DNA of 64,000 nucleotides from Octopus sinensis (Eukaryota). The DNA is taken from the NCBI RefSeq assembly GCF_006345805.1, contig NC_042997.1:133486001-133550000 (forward strand). Reading direction: 5' to 3'. The position numbers were made by a program, and so were the translations under genes. Below the pieces are notes generated by a model that was not told where the DNA came from, did no database searches, and worked only from the letters and a program-made list of their open reading frames with translations. Each line of letters starts with the position of its first letter. The stretch's first letter is position 1. Shown here piece by piece: positions 25,793 through 38,949 of the stretch.

Positions 25793-26521
25793 AAAGTATG
25801 CATAAATTTTGATTGAATTACATATAGTTTTGTTTGAAGAATGTTATCGCTATATGAAGAGCTATTTTAGGCGGGCAGTGTTTTACATAAGTGTATGTTT
25901 CATTTAGTAGCTACGTTAAAAGATGGAAATATTAAGTTTGTTAAGCGAGTTATTGGTATGTATAGGGGTACATGGGGGCTGTTGAGTTGGGTGTGTTGTG
26001 CGTACGCTCGTGTGGTTTGTGTATACACACACACACACACACACAAATATATATATATATATATATACGTATACACATTAATATATGTGTATATAATATA
26101 TATGTGTGTGTGTATGTATGCATGGATGTTTGTATGCATACATGGCTGAACATATGTATGAACGTATGTGTGTATGTCAATATGTATCGATAATGAATGG
26201 ATGGATAGGTAGATGGATGTGTATACACACATACACACACGCATATACACACATACATATATATATGTGTGTGTGTGTATATATATGTATATACATGTAT
26301 ATATACATATATATATATGTATGTATGTATATATATATAAAGCATTAAGGTAATCGATATATGAATAAAAAATCTATTTATTTAGCACTTACGTCCCTTT
26401 CGGACAAGTACGCTAAATAAATACTTTTTTTCCGAATTCTTCCTTCTTTTCTTTTTTATTACTGTTTAAAATCTGTACACCACTTCAAACACACACACAT
26501 AGTTTATAGATGAGAGATAGA

Positions 26522-26912
26522 TATATTCCGTACCAAAATAAGCAACAGGATATCCAGAGGTGATGCAGTACGACTGTTTCAAGTGGCTCCATTTAATTGA
26601 ACAATGCAATCATTACATCAATTTAAATGCAGAGCTATCCTCTAAAAGGATTTAAGTAAAATTATACAAATGTGTCCCACTGTTTAAAGTAATTCTATTT
26701 ATTTATTTATGCCACTGAGGATAGCCCTGCATTTAAATTGATGTAATGGTTGCATTGTTCAATTAAATAGAGCCACTTGAAACGGTCGTACTGCATCACC
26801 TCTGGATATCCTGTTGCTTATTTTGATTTTATTCACCTTATTTTGAAATGGTACGGATAATACCTCACTAATTTTAGTGTCTCAACTTAAGTACCTAATT
26901 CATCTGAATCTC

Positions 26913-26920
<8 letters not shown>
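26522..26920. mobile_element. Hairpin element with 109-bp inverted arms (Penelope inverted pseudo-LTR-like)
   Basis: 26534-26642 vs 26717-26825 with four mismatches; right arm reads CUGAGGA...GAAAC-GGUC-GUA; ends in (TA)n. Confidence 0.75.
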
Positions 26921-26979
<59 letters not shown>

Positions 26980-27015
26980 TGACAGGGGGTTACCGCCCCG
27001 TGAGTGTCTCTAGGA

Positions 27016-27066
27016 TCACTAGACGAGATTAGTTTCGCTTATCAGTCATAGGCTTGTCAGTAGTGA
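27016..27066 (-). ncRNA. Type I hammerhead ribozyme motif (G8A substitution)
   Basis: UCACUA CUGACAA GCCUAU-GACUG-AUAAGC GAA AC-UAAUCUC-GU C^UAGUGA; perfect 6-bp stem I. Confidence 0.65.
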
Positions 27067-27115
27067 CTACTCAAATGCTCGAAGGTTTCGCTAAATCCGA
27101 TTGTCAGTATATATA

Positions 27116-27345
27116 CAGGATTGGCCCAATGTCACATGACAGTAAATCAAAACCATTTGATTCCAAGTTTTATATATGTTTAGCAACTAAATGAATTTAA
27201 TAAAAGCATCAAACATAAAACATGAAAACTGGTCAAACCGAAGTCCTTCATGAGCGACGCATGTTTCCATTCGAATCAATACAGAATTGTAGATATAGTA
27301 TTTATGGAATTTTGATTTACTGTCGAGTGATTTTGGCCAACCCCA
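27116..27345. mobile_element. Tc1/mariner-type MITE
   Basis: TIR CAGGATTGGCCCAATGTCACATGACAGTAAATCAAAA vs TTTTGATTTACTGTCGAGTGATTTTGGCCAACCCCA; TA flanks. Confidence 0.75.
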
Positions 27346-27693
27346 TATATGTAAACTCTTCGATATAATTTCGATTCAAGTCAGGTGAAGAAAAAACAGT
27401 GTACATGTCCATTGTGAGCCTGTTGACACTGGTGAGTTTGATGTGACCGATGTGTAGCGTTAAAAGCTGCAGAACAATTTCTTCAGAAAATAACGAGAGC
27501 AGCGAAGAACTGGAGGTCTCTGATCTGAATCCTTACAGCAGAATGAACTCTATTACAGACACCTAAGGACCAGATTATATTGTTAAACCAGTTGCTGTCT
27601 TAGGCTGATTACACAGAATTATGAGAAAGCATCTACGCTGTTTTACGACTTTCTAAAAATGAGAACTAAATTGAGAACTACTTTATACAAAAA

Positions 27694-28089
27694 CTAGCAG
27701 TATCGCCCGGCGTTGCTCGGGTTTGTAAGGGAAATAACTATATAAGCATTTTTAGAGAGTTATAGCCAAAAAATAGCAAAAAATGCATTAAAAATGGAAA
27801 AAAAATTATGGTAAATTTTTTTTTAAATCGTTGACTCATCGTAGACATTTTTAAAGAGTTACTTCCCTTATATAATAGCGAAAAAATGCATTATAATGGA
27901 AAAAAATGATGGTAATTTTTTTTTAAATCGTAGACTCATCGTAGACGCGCGCTAATACCCAGAAGGGCTCGATATGAATCACGACTATGAGATACCTGGT
28001 TTTGGTTAAACTGCACCGCAAAATGTGGGAGTAGTTAGGAATCTAAATCGTAGGAGACAGGCACACAACTTGACTTTTATATATAAAGA
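27694..28089 (-). mobile_element. Non-autonomous Helitron
   Basis: Minus strand A|TCTTTATATAT...CCCGAGCAACGCCGGG hairpin..CTAG|T; no TSD; internal direct repeat of about 100 bp. Confidence 0.85.
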
Positions 28090-29383
28090 TATCGTTTCGC
28101 ATAAAGCAGTATACGTTAAACAAGGTAGACTTATATAGACATTAAGATCAGATGTCTTTTATCAAAGGACTACTCCATTGTAGCTAACCTGGAGCTAAAT
28201 GATTATAAACTACAAACAAGTAATCCTCTACATAGTCACTCGACTTGCTAAAGATAGTAACTAAATTTTCTTCATGCCATATACTACCGTTTTATACAAT
28301 AAAAGTCTCCGTTAGAAAACGTAGTTCTAGGTATGCAATAAGACAAGATTTTCAAAGCTTGAATGTTTTTGATCATGTGTCTATTCGATTACGGCTGACC
28401 TGGAGCAAAATTGCAACAACTAATGTGTTTATAAATCGCTAATGCATTTGGAAAATGCAAGAACTTCACGCCGTCTCCTTTATATTTATTCCACCTCGGA
28501 TCAAAAGACCTTGCCCCAATTCAAAAAGAATGTCGACGATGAGTCTTTAAAATGGTGCGAGAATATGAAAAGATACAAGAAACAAGAAGTTGAAACATTT
28601 GTAGATTTTAGTTTTATTCCGTTTCATGTAGAAATGTCATGTCTTGGTAATGACTTCTGATAGTTTCGCCAAGGTTGGCGCCATCTTTATATTTCTTTAA
28701 TGTTCTTTGTGAATTGCAGCATTGGAGATTACAGCTGTTTTTATTGTTTGTATGGCAGTTTTCTCAAATTAGATTAATTAGCACATATCTTGATCAATAT
28801 CTGTTTTAATGAGCCACAAACCTCATTCTAGAAGTGTCATTGAAAGTATCCAACACAAACACGCACACACAAACACGCACACAGACAGACACACACGCGC
28901 GTATACACACAGACAGACAATCCAGCCAATGAGGGAAGCTGATATGTGGTCGCTCGCTTTGCAATAAATAGGAGCCAGATCTTTCTCTAGCGTCTTCAAA
29001 AGAAAGCATGTTGGATAATAAATTTTTAGATAAAATGTATCTAGGAAAGGCATGATAGCATTGACTGGAATGCGTTTGATTATATGCTTTCTGGTAGGGA
29101 ATGACATGGAGTTAAACAAAAGCAGCAGCAGCAGCAACAACAACAGTAACAAATAATTACGTGCAGCTATTGTCAAGGTTGTCGAATTTCTAAATTGTCT
29201 GAACGTCTTTTCTGTTTTGTTCTCTCTCTAAAAGTATCATATATTTAGCAAGATACCCAGATATTGTGTATGAAGATCAGTTGTATTGAATAAATTCTAA
29301 ATCGGGTGAATTACATCTCACACGAAAAACGAAATCACACATTCACACGCATAAAGATAAATATCAAGGTAATTCAAGATATT

Positions 29384-29825
29384 CTTTTCTACTCTAGGCA
29401 CATGGCCCGAATTTATTTTGGTGGGGTGGGGGAGGGGGGCAGTTGATTAGATCGACCCCAGTATGCAACTGGTACTCAATTTATCGACCCCGAAAGGATG
29501 AAAGGCAAAGTCGACCTCGGTGGAATTTGAACTCAGAACATATAGGCAGACGAAATACTGCTAAGTATTTTGCCCGGCGTGCTAACGTTTCTTATTTCTT
29601 TATTGCCCACAAGGGGCTAAACATAGTGTGGACAAACAAGGACAGACAAGCGGATTAAGCCGATTACATCGACCCCAGTACGTAACTGGTACTTAATTTA
29701 TCGATCCTGAAAGGATGAAAGGCAAAGTCGACCTCGGCGGAATTTGAACTCAGAACGTAACGGCAGACGAAATACCGCTAAGAATTTCGCCCGGCGTGCT
29801 AACGTTTCTGTCAGCTCGCCACCTC
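29384..29825 (-). mobile_element. SINE family B dimer with a single 17-bp TSD
   Basis: AGGTAATTCAAGATATT at 29367-29383 and 29826-29842. Confidence 0.9.
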
Positions 29826-29909
29826 AGGTAATTCAAGATATTATTTATTGACTATACCAGTTATTAGTACAAAAAAAAGGTACACATAGATGTACTATTT
29901 ACAAGCCTC

Positions 29910-30255
29910 TGATATGTAAGGAAACGTCTTGGATTGGACAAGTGTCTACTATGGTCTCGAATCGACTGATGCCTTGTGGGTGGATTTGTTAAACGGAAAC
30001 TGAAAGAAGCACGTCGTATATGTGTGTGTGTGTGTGCATGTGTCTATGCGTGTGTGCATGTGTGTCTTCGTGTCTGTGTTAGTCCCCCACCACCGCTCGA
30101 CAACCGGTATTTTTACGTTTTAGTAACTTAGCGTTTCGGCAAAAAAGTGACCGATAGAAAAAGTACCAGGTTTAAAAAATAAGTACCGGTGCCGATTCGA
30201 CAAAAAATTATTCAAGACAGTGCCCCAGCATGGTCGCTGCCTAATGACTGAAACT
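29910..30255 (+). mobile_element. Diverged SINE family A
   Basis: GCCTTGTGGGTGGATTTG..GGAAACTGAAAGAAGC..GTGCCCCAGCATGG. Confidence 0.75.
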
Positions 30256-30589
30256 AACATGAATTGTAAAAATATTAAATGTAGTGGATAAACTTACAGA
30301 GCTATATACTTCTAAAATAGCCGTTGAGTAGATTCTACGTAGATAATTAGTTGAGATCTCCTTGACAAAAAGCCAGAAAACCCCAGTTGCAGTTTGAGAT
30401 GCGAGAAAACTTCCAGCCGAGTTATGCAGGGAGGCAAACATTCCGTTCTCTATGGGCGTATGCAGGCTTATTGAGGATGAGATAATACTTCACAGATCTT
30501 GTTATTTAAACCCATTTCAGTCCTTATTGAGCCAGACCTATTATCAAAGAGCTTTATCCAAGCCGTGGCCATTCAATTTTTTTCTTTAT

Positions 30590-31570
30590 ATAAGGCGGCG
30601 AGCTGGCAGAAACGTTAGCACAACGGGCGAAATGCGTAGCTGTATTTCGTCTGCTGTTACGTTCTGAGTTCAAATTCCGACGAGATCGACTTTGCTTTTC
30701 ATCCTTTCGGGGTTGATAAATTAAGTACCAGTTACGTACTGGGGTCGATCTAATCGATTAGACCTTCCACAAAAATTTAGTGTCCTGTGCCTACAGTAGA
30801 AAAGAATATTTTCATCATGCAAGGCGACGAGCTGGTAGAAACGTAAGCACGCCGGGCGAAATGCTTAGCGGTCGACATTGCCTTTAATCTTTTCGGGGTC
30901 GATAAATTAAGTACCAGTTACGCACCGGTGTCGATATAATCGACTTAATCCGTCTGTCTGTCCTTGTTTGTCTCCTCTGTGTTTAGCCCCTTGTGGGTAG
31001 TAGAGAAATAGGTATTTCGTCTGCCGTTACGTTCTGAGTTCAAATTCCGCCGAGGTCGACTTTGCCTTTCATCGTTTCGGGGTTGATAAATTAAGTACCA
31101 GTTACGTACTGGGGTCAATCTAATCGATTAGACCTTCCACAAAAATTTAGTGTCCTGTGCCTACAGTAGAAAAGAATAATTTCATCATATAAGGCAGCGA
31201 GCTGGTAGAAAAGTTAGCACGCCGGGCAAAATACTTAGAAGTATTTCGCCTGCCTTTACATTCTGTGTTCAAATTCTGCCGAGATCGACTTTGCTTTTCA
31301 TCCTTACGGGGTCGATAAATTAAATACAAGTTACGCACTGGGGTGGATGTCATCTACTTAATCCTTTTGTCTGTCCTTGTTTATCCCCTCTATGTTTAGC
31401 CCCTTGTGGGCAATAAAGAAATAAGGAACATTAGCGAAATGCTTAGGTCGACTTTGCCTTTCATCCTTTCGGAGTTGATAAACTAAGTACTAGTTGCGTA
31501 CTAAGATTGATCTAATCGACTGACCCCTTCCCCTAAAATTTCAGGCCTTGTGCCTAAAGTAGAAAACAAT
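30590..31570 (+). mobile_element. SINE family B tandem array (about five units)
   Basis: Alternating heads AAGGCGGCGAGCTGG and two tail types; about 30650-30820 duplicated at 31015-31190. Confidence 0.85.
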
Positions 31571-32485
31571 ATTTTCATCATGTGAAAGGATCCCGGAACC
31601 ACATTATCGAACGTGTTTTCTAAAACGATAATATTGCACGTTGAAGGGAATTAGACTACTGTTCCTAGCAAATCGAAAGTACGTGCAGAGGCTTCCTTTT
31701 GGCTAGGAACTTTTCCTAGTGTGTATCGGCGGTGGTGGCGGCAGCGGTGGTGGTAGTGTTTGTAGCAATGGTGGCTATCACAAAGTGTTTATAAGGCATT
31801 ATTCTACACCTCTACTCCTACACTAGCTGTATATTTCAAAGATGGAGATATCAGTTTTGATTGTATGCAGGGCATGAATAGACATGCCTAACATAATACT
31901 AAAAAAAAATGGGGGGGGGGGCAAATGCTGTACAGTTGCACTGATGCCGCAAGACGGATATTGCTGTGTCTCATGAAAGACAAAAACAGCAAACTTCCAA
32001 AATGTCTGATATGTTTTGATACATTTTCGTAATATATGATTTGTGATTATAGTTGTCATATACAGTTTTGAGGATTGGTGTTATGTACTTTATACTTATA
32101 GTTGTTGTTTAAATTAAATATTTAAAGATCACGCTTCGTTTACAGTCAGAATGCATAAATATAGATTTAGAATTAAATGCCACATTTAAAGAGCATATGT
32201 AAAAATTTTGTTTTTAGCTCTAAAGGTCGATCTTCTGAGATTAGATGCGCACATATGTTCATGTCATTCTGTTTGTGCGTGTGTGTGTGTGTGTGTGTGT
32301 GCACCTGTATTGTTGTTTTGGTAAGTTTTTAGGAATAACATTTTGAATGTAGAGTCAAAAGTTTCGATTAAGTTATTAGTTTATACATACATACATACAT
32401 ACATACATACATACGTATATACATATGTATATATAAACACATATATACATATATATAAACACTTATATATTCTATGTATATATAA

Positions 32486-32521
<36 letters not shown>

Positions 32522-32592
32522 TATATGGTATGTCTACACACGCACGCACACATACACATATACTCAAACACAAACACACGAGTGCACACACA

Positions 32593-32629
<37 letters not shown>

Positions 32630-32648
32630 CTGCAGAGAGAAAGGATGT

Positions 32649-32763
<115 letters not shown>

Positions 32764-32789
32764 TGAAAGGCTTTTATACAGTGTCCGTT

Positions 32790-32932
32790 CACCAAATTCC
32801 TTCACAAGGTAATGACTGGCTCAGGTTAAAATAATAAGAGTGACTTGCCCAAGAAGCCGCAACGTGAGACTCAACCTGAAACCACATGTTTGCTATGTGA
32901 TTTTATTAACCACATAGCCATCCCTGCGCCTA
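32790..32932 (-). mobile_element. Diverged SINE family A 5' half
   Basis: Minus GGCGCAGGGATGGCTATGTGG..CTTGGGCAAGTCAC. Confidence 0.65.
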
Positions 32933-33000
32933 TATATATAATATAGCATAGCGTAATATATACGCACAATTTATATATACAGATATATATACATACATAC

Positions 33001-33046
<46 letters not shown>

Positions 33047-33158
33047 ATATATATATAGTTAATCCAAACATGAAAACACAAAGAGAAAACACAACAACGC
33101 GAGGACGTGGAACAAATATAGCATTATTGGATGTTCAGGAAGGAAGGAAAGAAGGAGG

Positions 33159-33193
33159 GTTTAACGTTTCGAGCGGAGCTCTTCGTCAGAAAC
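33159..33193 (-). ncRNA. Minimal type I hammerhead ribozyme
   Basis: GUUU CUGACGA A GAGC-UCC-GCUC GAA ACGU U^AAAC; canonical core, palindromic ACGU stem III. Confidence 0.8.
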
Positions 33194-34011
33194 ATAGGAA
33201 AAGGAAAGATCCAAAGAAGGGAAGGCGGAGGAAAAAAATTACCAACGGTACACACGCTGTCACATTTATATATATTTTCCCTTCCCTTCTTCCCTCTTTC
33301 TCCCTCCCTCCTTCCCTCTTCCCCTTCTCTCTGCTCCCTCACTCCCCTTCTCTCTCCCCCTCCCCCTCTTTCCTCCTTCCTCCCCTTCCTTCTCCCCTCC
33401 TCTCCTCTTCCCCCCTCATCCCCCTCTTCTTCCCCTCCCCCTCTTATCCTCACTACACCACACGACTTTACACATCACATCATATATGATGTGCCATACT
33501 AATACATACACCAACTAATACATACTAATACGTACTAATACATACTAATACATACTAATACATACACCAACCCTATACATACACACATCCAGACCACTCA
33601 TACGCACTTATACTCTCTCATACACACACACACACACTTATACATACTAATACGTACTAATACATACTAATACATACTAATACATACACCAACCCCATAC
33701 ATACGCCTGTCCAGACCTATCCTACGCACTAATACTCTCTCATACACACACACACACACACACCCTTATACATACTAATACATATTAATACATACACCAA
33801 CCCTATACATACACACGTCCAGACCCCTCCTACGCACTAATAGGTGGTCATTCAACCCTATTATCAACCCTATTATCTCCCCTTATTTCGCTCTCGCGTC
33901 TCATGTTTGATCTTTGACTTCTGGCCGAAATCAGATCGCTATGTTGATTCGTTAGTTACTGCACGCATTTTTTTTCTCTCCTTCTTTCTGTGTTTTTTTT
34001 CTCTCTGTGTA

Positions 34012-34049
34012 TCTTTCTGTTGAAGAGCGTAGGCTCGAAACGTTAAAGA
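34012..34049 (+). ncRNA. Minimal hammerhead motif with CUGUUGA core
   Basis: UCUUU CUGUUGA A GAGC-GUAG-GCUC GAA ACGU U^AAAGA. Confidence 0.7.
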
Positions 34050-34179
34050 CTTGTTTTATTTATATTTCCTGAGCGCCATACTAATACAATTGTTTGTTTG
34101 TTTTCCACCTGCCTTCGTCTTTTGTCTATTTTCATAAAGCTTCCCGTTATATATATATGTATATATATATATATATTCT

Positions 34180-34562
34180 TCTTTAGCACTCCGTAAGTTA
34201 CGACGATGAGGGTTCCGGTTGATCCGAATCAACGGAACAGCCTGCTCGTGAAATTAACGTGTAAGTGGCTGAGCACTCCACAGACACGTGTACCCTTAAC
34301 GTAGCTCTCGGGGATATTCAGCGTGACACAGAGAGTGACAAGGCCGGCCCCTTGAAATACAGGTACAACAGAAACAGGAAGTAAGAGTGAGAGAAAGTTG
34401 TGGTGAAAGAGTACAGCAGGGATCACCACCATCCCCTGCCGGAGCGTCGTGGAGCTTTTAGGTGTTTTCGCTCAATAAACACTCCCAACGCCCGGTCTGG
34501 GAATCGAAACCGCGATCCTATGACCGCGAATCCGCTGCCGTAACCACTGGGCCATTGCGCCT

Positions 34563-34565
<3 letters not shown>
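34180..34565 (-). mobile_element. SINE family C, tail type 3
   Basis: Complete head GGAGGCGCAATGGCCCAGTGG..GGTTTCGATTCCC with a distinct tail of about 200 bp. Confidence 0.85.
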
Positions 34566-34643
<78 letters not shown>

Positions 34644-37440
34644 GGTGAGGGTAAGTATGTATGTAAATAGTATAATATAATAAACCACCTACCGAGGTGA
34701 ATTTTGCCTTTTCTCCTTAGGAGATTTTGAGAACCATAATAAAAAAATAGTTTGAGGAGATCTCCTACTCACCTACCTCCCACCAGTCTCAGGGACCCTA
34801 GAGGGTCATGGACATTGCTTTCTTTCTTAACTCAAAGAGAAAATAAATCTAAACACTGTATATATAAAGATACTTCATTAGAAATATTAACAAATGATTA
34901 TCAATGGCAAGCTAATTGACAACGTTATTCTATGTCAATGTAATTTTAGGACCGTAAATGCCAATGTGTTACAAAGGCAATCACTGACAATACAACCTAT
35001 TGACCATCATCTGTCCAATTATCTATAGTCAATATAACTATCTATTGTCAATATAACCTATAGAATCATTGGTGATATATTCCATGGACGTACATTGCCA
35101 ATTTTATATGAGCATAAAATTAAATAATGTCGCACCAAGCAGCATAGGATGAAATATATGGGTGAGGTAGTCCCAGGACTCGTCCCAGTCTCGTCTGAAT
35201 CGTAGAATGCGAGCATTTCTGCACCCTTTTGCTTTATCAACTACGAACACCAAATCTGTCACTCACAGTCCGATAAGAATAAATTATTCCCTTTAAAGCA
35301 GCATAGGGCACCGTATGGTGATGTGCGTAAGGCTTGGTCACGCTAGAATTAAATAAATAATGACGCACGAAGCGGCATCGAATGAAATATATTCACGCGA
35401 AGTCATATCCAACGCATTCGAGTGTATCCGGACGTGAGAAGCCCTTCCGCTGTGGAGATTGTTTCGAGAGAAAATTCTTCCCTTACACATGTGTGAAACA
35501 AGATGGGCTGTGAATTATGTGATTAGATCGAAGAACGAATGTATTTCTGCATCATTTCTCTTTATCAGTTACGAACATCAAATTTGTCATTCAAAGCCCT
35601 ATTTACAATGTAATCTAATGATAATCATTGTTGATATGTTCCAGAGACTGCTCTTGGATATATATATAATCAAAGATCAAACACTGACAACATAATTTAA
35701 CAACTAATATTGATATTATCGTCTATAGATAATCACTGCCAACGTAATCTCAGTTAACCAAAGAAGGAATCTCTGTAACTCATAGGATAATATAATCCCG
35801 GATGCATAAATATGCGACGGTCACTGCTAATATATCTTCGATCAGATGTCTTGTCGATTAAGGTTGATTTGCGAATAAACATCAAGATATTCTCAGTCTC
35901 ATTATCATTAATTAAAATTTATCAAATCATCATCTCAGAACGATTAATGACCATATAAAATATAAACCATGATTAACAATATAACAGAAGGGCCGTAATT
36001 GGCAACATTGTTTAATTATTATCATAGTTAATATAAGAGACACCAGATGCTCCATTCGCTACATATTGTGCAGAGCACAGTTTACAATAACATAACTAAG
36101 AACTAGCATTAAACTCTATAATCGATAACACATGCAACCTCGTGTAGCACCGATTTATTCATCACTGATTCGGGATAACACGGTACGCTCAATTGAGAAC
36201 CATGTTACGCTTAGCACGGATTGATGCGTGATAACACGGGCCGGCAACAGTCGACAATTCTGCTTGTATTGCAAAAATGTGCCCCAGCAACCTCCCATAA
36301 TGTTCAGCTACCAAGAATGCACTGAGTAATGCCAGTATTTGCATGGCCGTACTGCGAGGCTGCGTAATTTTATGCGATGTATGCTCTTGTACCTTTAAAC
36401 ATGTGACCAGTGAACAGAAAAACATACAAAGGTGCCTAATCCTAAAACAAACGACGCAGACGTGTGTATTCTCTACAGTAAAAGGCAGTGATGATCAAGA
36501 ACATACGTGGCGGTGGAAGCTTCGCTGCTGTGGGTCCGAATTTGGCGCCAATGAATGTTTCATTCGCTGTATTTGAAAAGTTCGTGAAAATGATTAATGT
36601 ATCACTGAGTTGTTTACCAGTGTGTTATTTTGCGGGAAACCAAACATCCGTGATAAACGAGGATAGATGTATACGACTGACATATAAAGCACACCGTAGA
36701 CAAATATAATTTAAGGGCAATTACTAACAATCGTATGGCACTCATTAGCAGTATTCTTATAACATTATAGTTTATAGACAATCACCATTGGCATTGCAAT
36801 CTACGAACCATTATTGGAAACTTAGACTGTTGACTATTATTATTGACATCGTAATCGATGGATCATTTCTAATATAATCTAAGAACCAATATTGGTATTA
36901 TTACCTATAAATCATCGTTTTGACAACATAATCTTATAGAAATACGAATGCGATGTCCATCAAAAATTATTGTTGTCAGTTTTATCTCGATAAAATCAAC
37001 TTTTTAAATCAGTTTACTACATTATCAAACACCTTTATTAACAGAGAATTAACAGCGATGATTCTTAATGTAATTATGAATTCAAGTTTCAAGATTATTA
37101 AGTTTATTGACAAGACTCGGAGTCAGTATATTTTTCGAATGACACAAGCGTATCGCTCATTCTTCTCTTAAATTTCGGCCATAACACGTAATAGCACCTC
37201 ACATATAGCTTCATGTATCCTAATATATTTGCTATATTGAATAGGATACTTTATTTGCGATGACAAATGAGTCGAATATGTAAAGCATTTTATTCCCACT
37301 CCAAACTTTTCCTTTTAAAACCATCTCTTATTCTTCTTTCAGAAACCAGTAATTCCTCACCCAGTTTCTACTTTCTGATTTTACTGTCTTGGAGAGAGAC
37401 ATAACAATTTAGAGACTATGGAATAAACTCTTTATTACCG

Positions 37441-37770
37441 TATATATATATACGACGGGCTTCTTTCAGTTTCCGTCTACCAAATCCGCTCAAAAGGCTT
37501 TGGTCGGCCTGAGGCTACAGTAGAAGACATTTACCCAAGGTGCCAACAGTGGGCCTGAACCCGGAACCATTTGGTTCGTAAGCAAGCTACTTACCACACA
37601 GCCACTCTTGCGCCTAGTTTGTTTATGTCCCCGTAACTTAGCGGTTCAGCAAAAAGTGTGAACATAAAAAGTACTATACTTTCAAAAACAAAAAGTAGTG
37701 GAGTCGATTTGTTTGAGTAAACCCTTTGAAGGCGGTGCCCAAGCATGGCCACAGTCCAATGAAACCAGTA
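37441..37770. mobile_element. SINE family A: inverted 5' half joined to a forward 3' half
   Basis: 37441-37615 is a minus-strand head; 37618-37770 is a plus-strand tail. Confidence 0.75.
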
Positions 37771-38316
37771 AAATATTATGATAACGTAAGTTTCCTTAAA
37801 CGAACAGAATGACCAACTGGAATCAGAGCGAGAGTGGTAAAACATGATATTTAACAGTAGTGGTCTCTATGGAAAAAGAAAAATACACATTTCTCTTCAT
37901 TTCAGCTATATAACTTATTACTCTCTAACAGAACTTTGATCTCATATCAGGGAAAAAAATAAATCACCCTTTATTTAAAAAAATATGTTAACTCTATTTC
38001 TGAAAAAAAAATTGTTAAGCATCTCCTGTGTACCAAGATAACCAATATTGATCAATAAAGATGTTTGCACATGATTTTTTTTTCTTAGGATGCCATACAG
38101 TTTCATACCAATACCTGATACTTTCCATTTATGATTTCATGATGTATTTTGATATTTGCTGTAATATTTTTGGTCTGGCTTGAGGGATGGTAAACTGTCT
38201 AATTTGTAAAGAAATAGACCACATGCGATATTCGGTTGTATTCAGTGTTCAAATCCCACTTGGGGCGAATATGACCTTCATCTTTCTGAGATCGATTGAA
38301 TTAATATCAAGCGTAA

Positions 38317-38870
38317 TCTAAACATATATACATAAATGTGTAATGGTGTCTGTCTGTGTGTGGGAGGGGGTTACTCTAACTCCTCCCACACCATACAATA
38401 GATTTTTATGATTTTTGGCACATGGGTAGATCACATACCTTGAAGTTCAAACAAGGCCGGAATTTTTCGAAAACTCGATAATACTTGGTTGGCATTGATT
38501 TTTGTGAGCTAAATCGGGCGCTTGAATGGAAATTTCCATAACGATGTTATTTTTCCTGCATTTTTTGCATTTTTTCAAAACGCTATTTTAAAGTCTTCAC
38601 TTACTACTTCAGCCTCACTTCGCTACACCATTGAACACGTCGTCATCGGCTGCAAAAAATCCGCTCTGTCAGCAGAACTCTGTCGCCTGCTCTGACCATT
38701 TTTCCTCTGCCTGCCACACATCTACTCATCTTGCAACAGCGTGCCGAAACAGATATAACATCTTAATGGACAATAGTTGGCATGGGAAACGTAGACGATT
38801 TTAATACGAGGTCAGAGGTGGGCTTAACTTCAACACGTCAAACACGAGCAACGCTGGGTCTCACTGCTAG
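38317..38870 (+). mobile_element. Non-autonomous Helitron
   Basis: A|TCTAAACATATATAC...CACGAGCAACGCTGGG..CTGCTAG|T; 3' end matches 27694-28089. Confidence 0.75.
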
Positions 38871-38949
38871 TTTTGCTTAAATCGACAGTAATGTTCTTCT
38901 GTAATACTTTTGCTTATAAAATCGATGTTTTATAAAACATCGTGTATCA

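Larger units (their letters stand above)
33058..34150. mobile_element. Non-coding Penelope-like composite with outward-facing HHRs and an internal minisatellite
   Basis: HHRs at 33159-33193 (-) and 34012-34049 (+); internal (CATACTAATA)n with a higher-order repeat of about 120 bp; TA-repeat flanks. Confidence 0.6.

Noticed and set aside
28920-28980. CCAAT plus TATA-like promoter
   Set aside because: Short motifs expected by chance; no downstream gene evidence.
34490-34565. tRNA gene
   Set aside because: A/B boxes belong to a SINE head; no proper acceptor stem, and the sequence continues into the SINE body.
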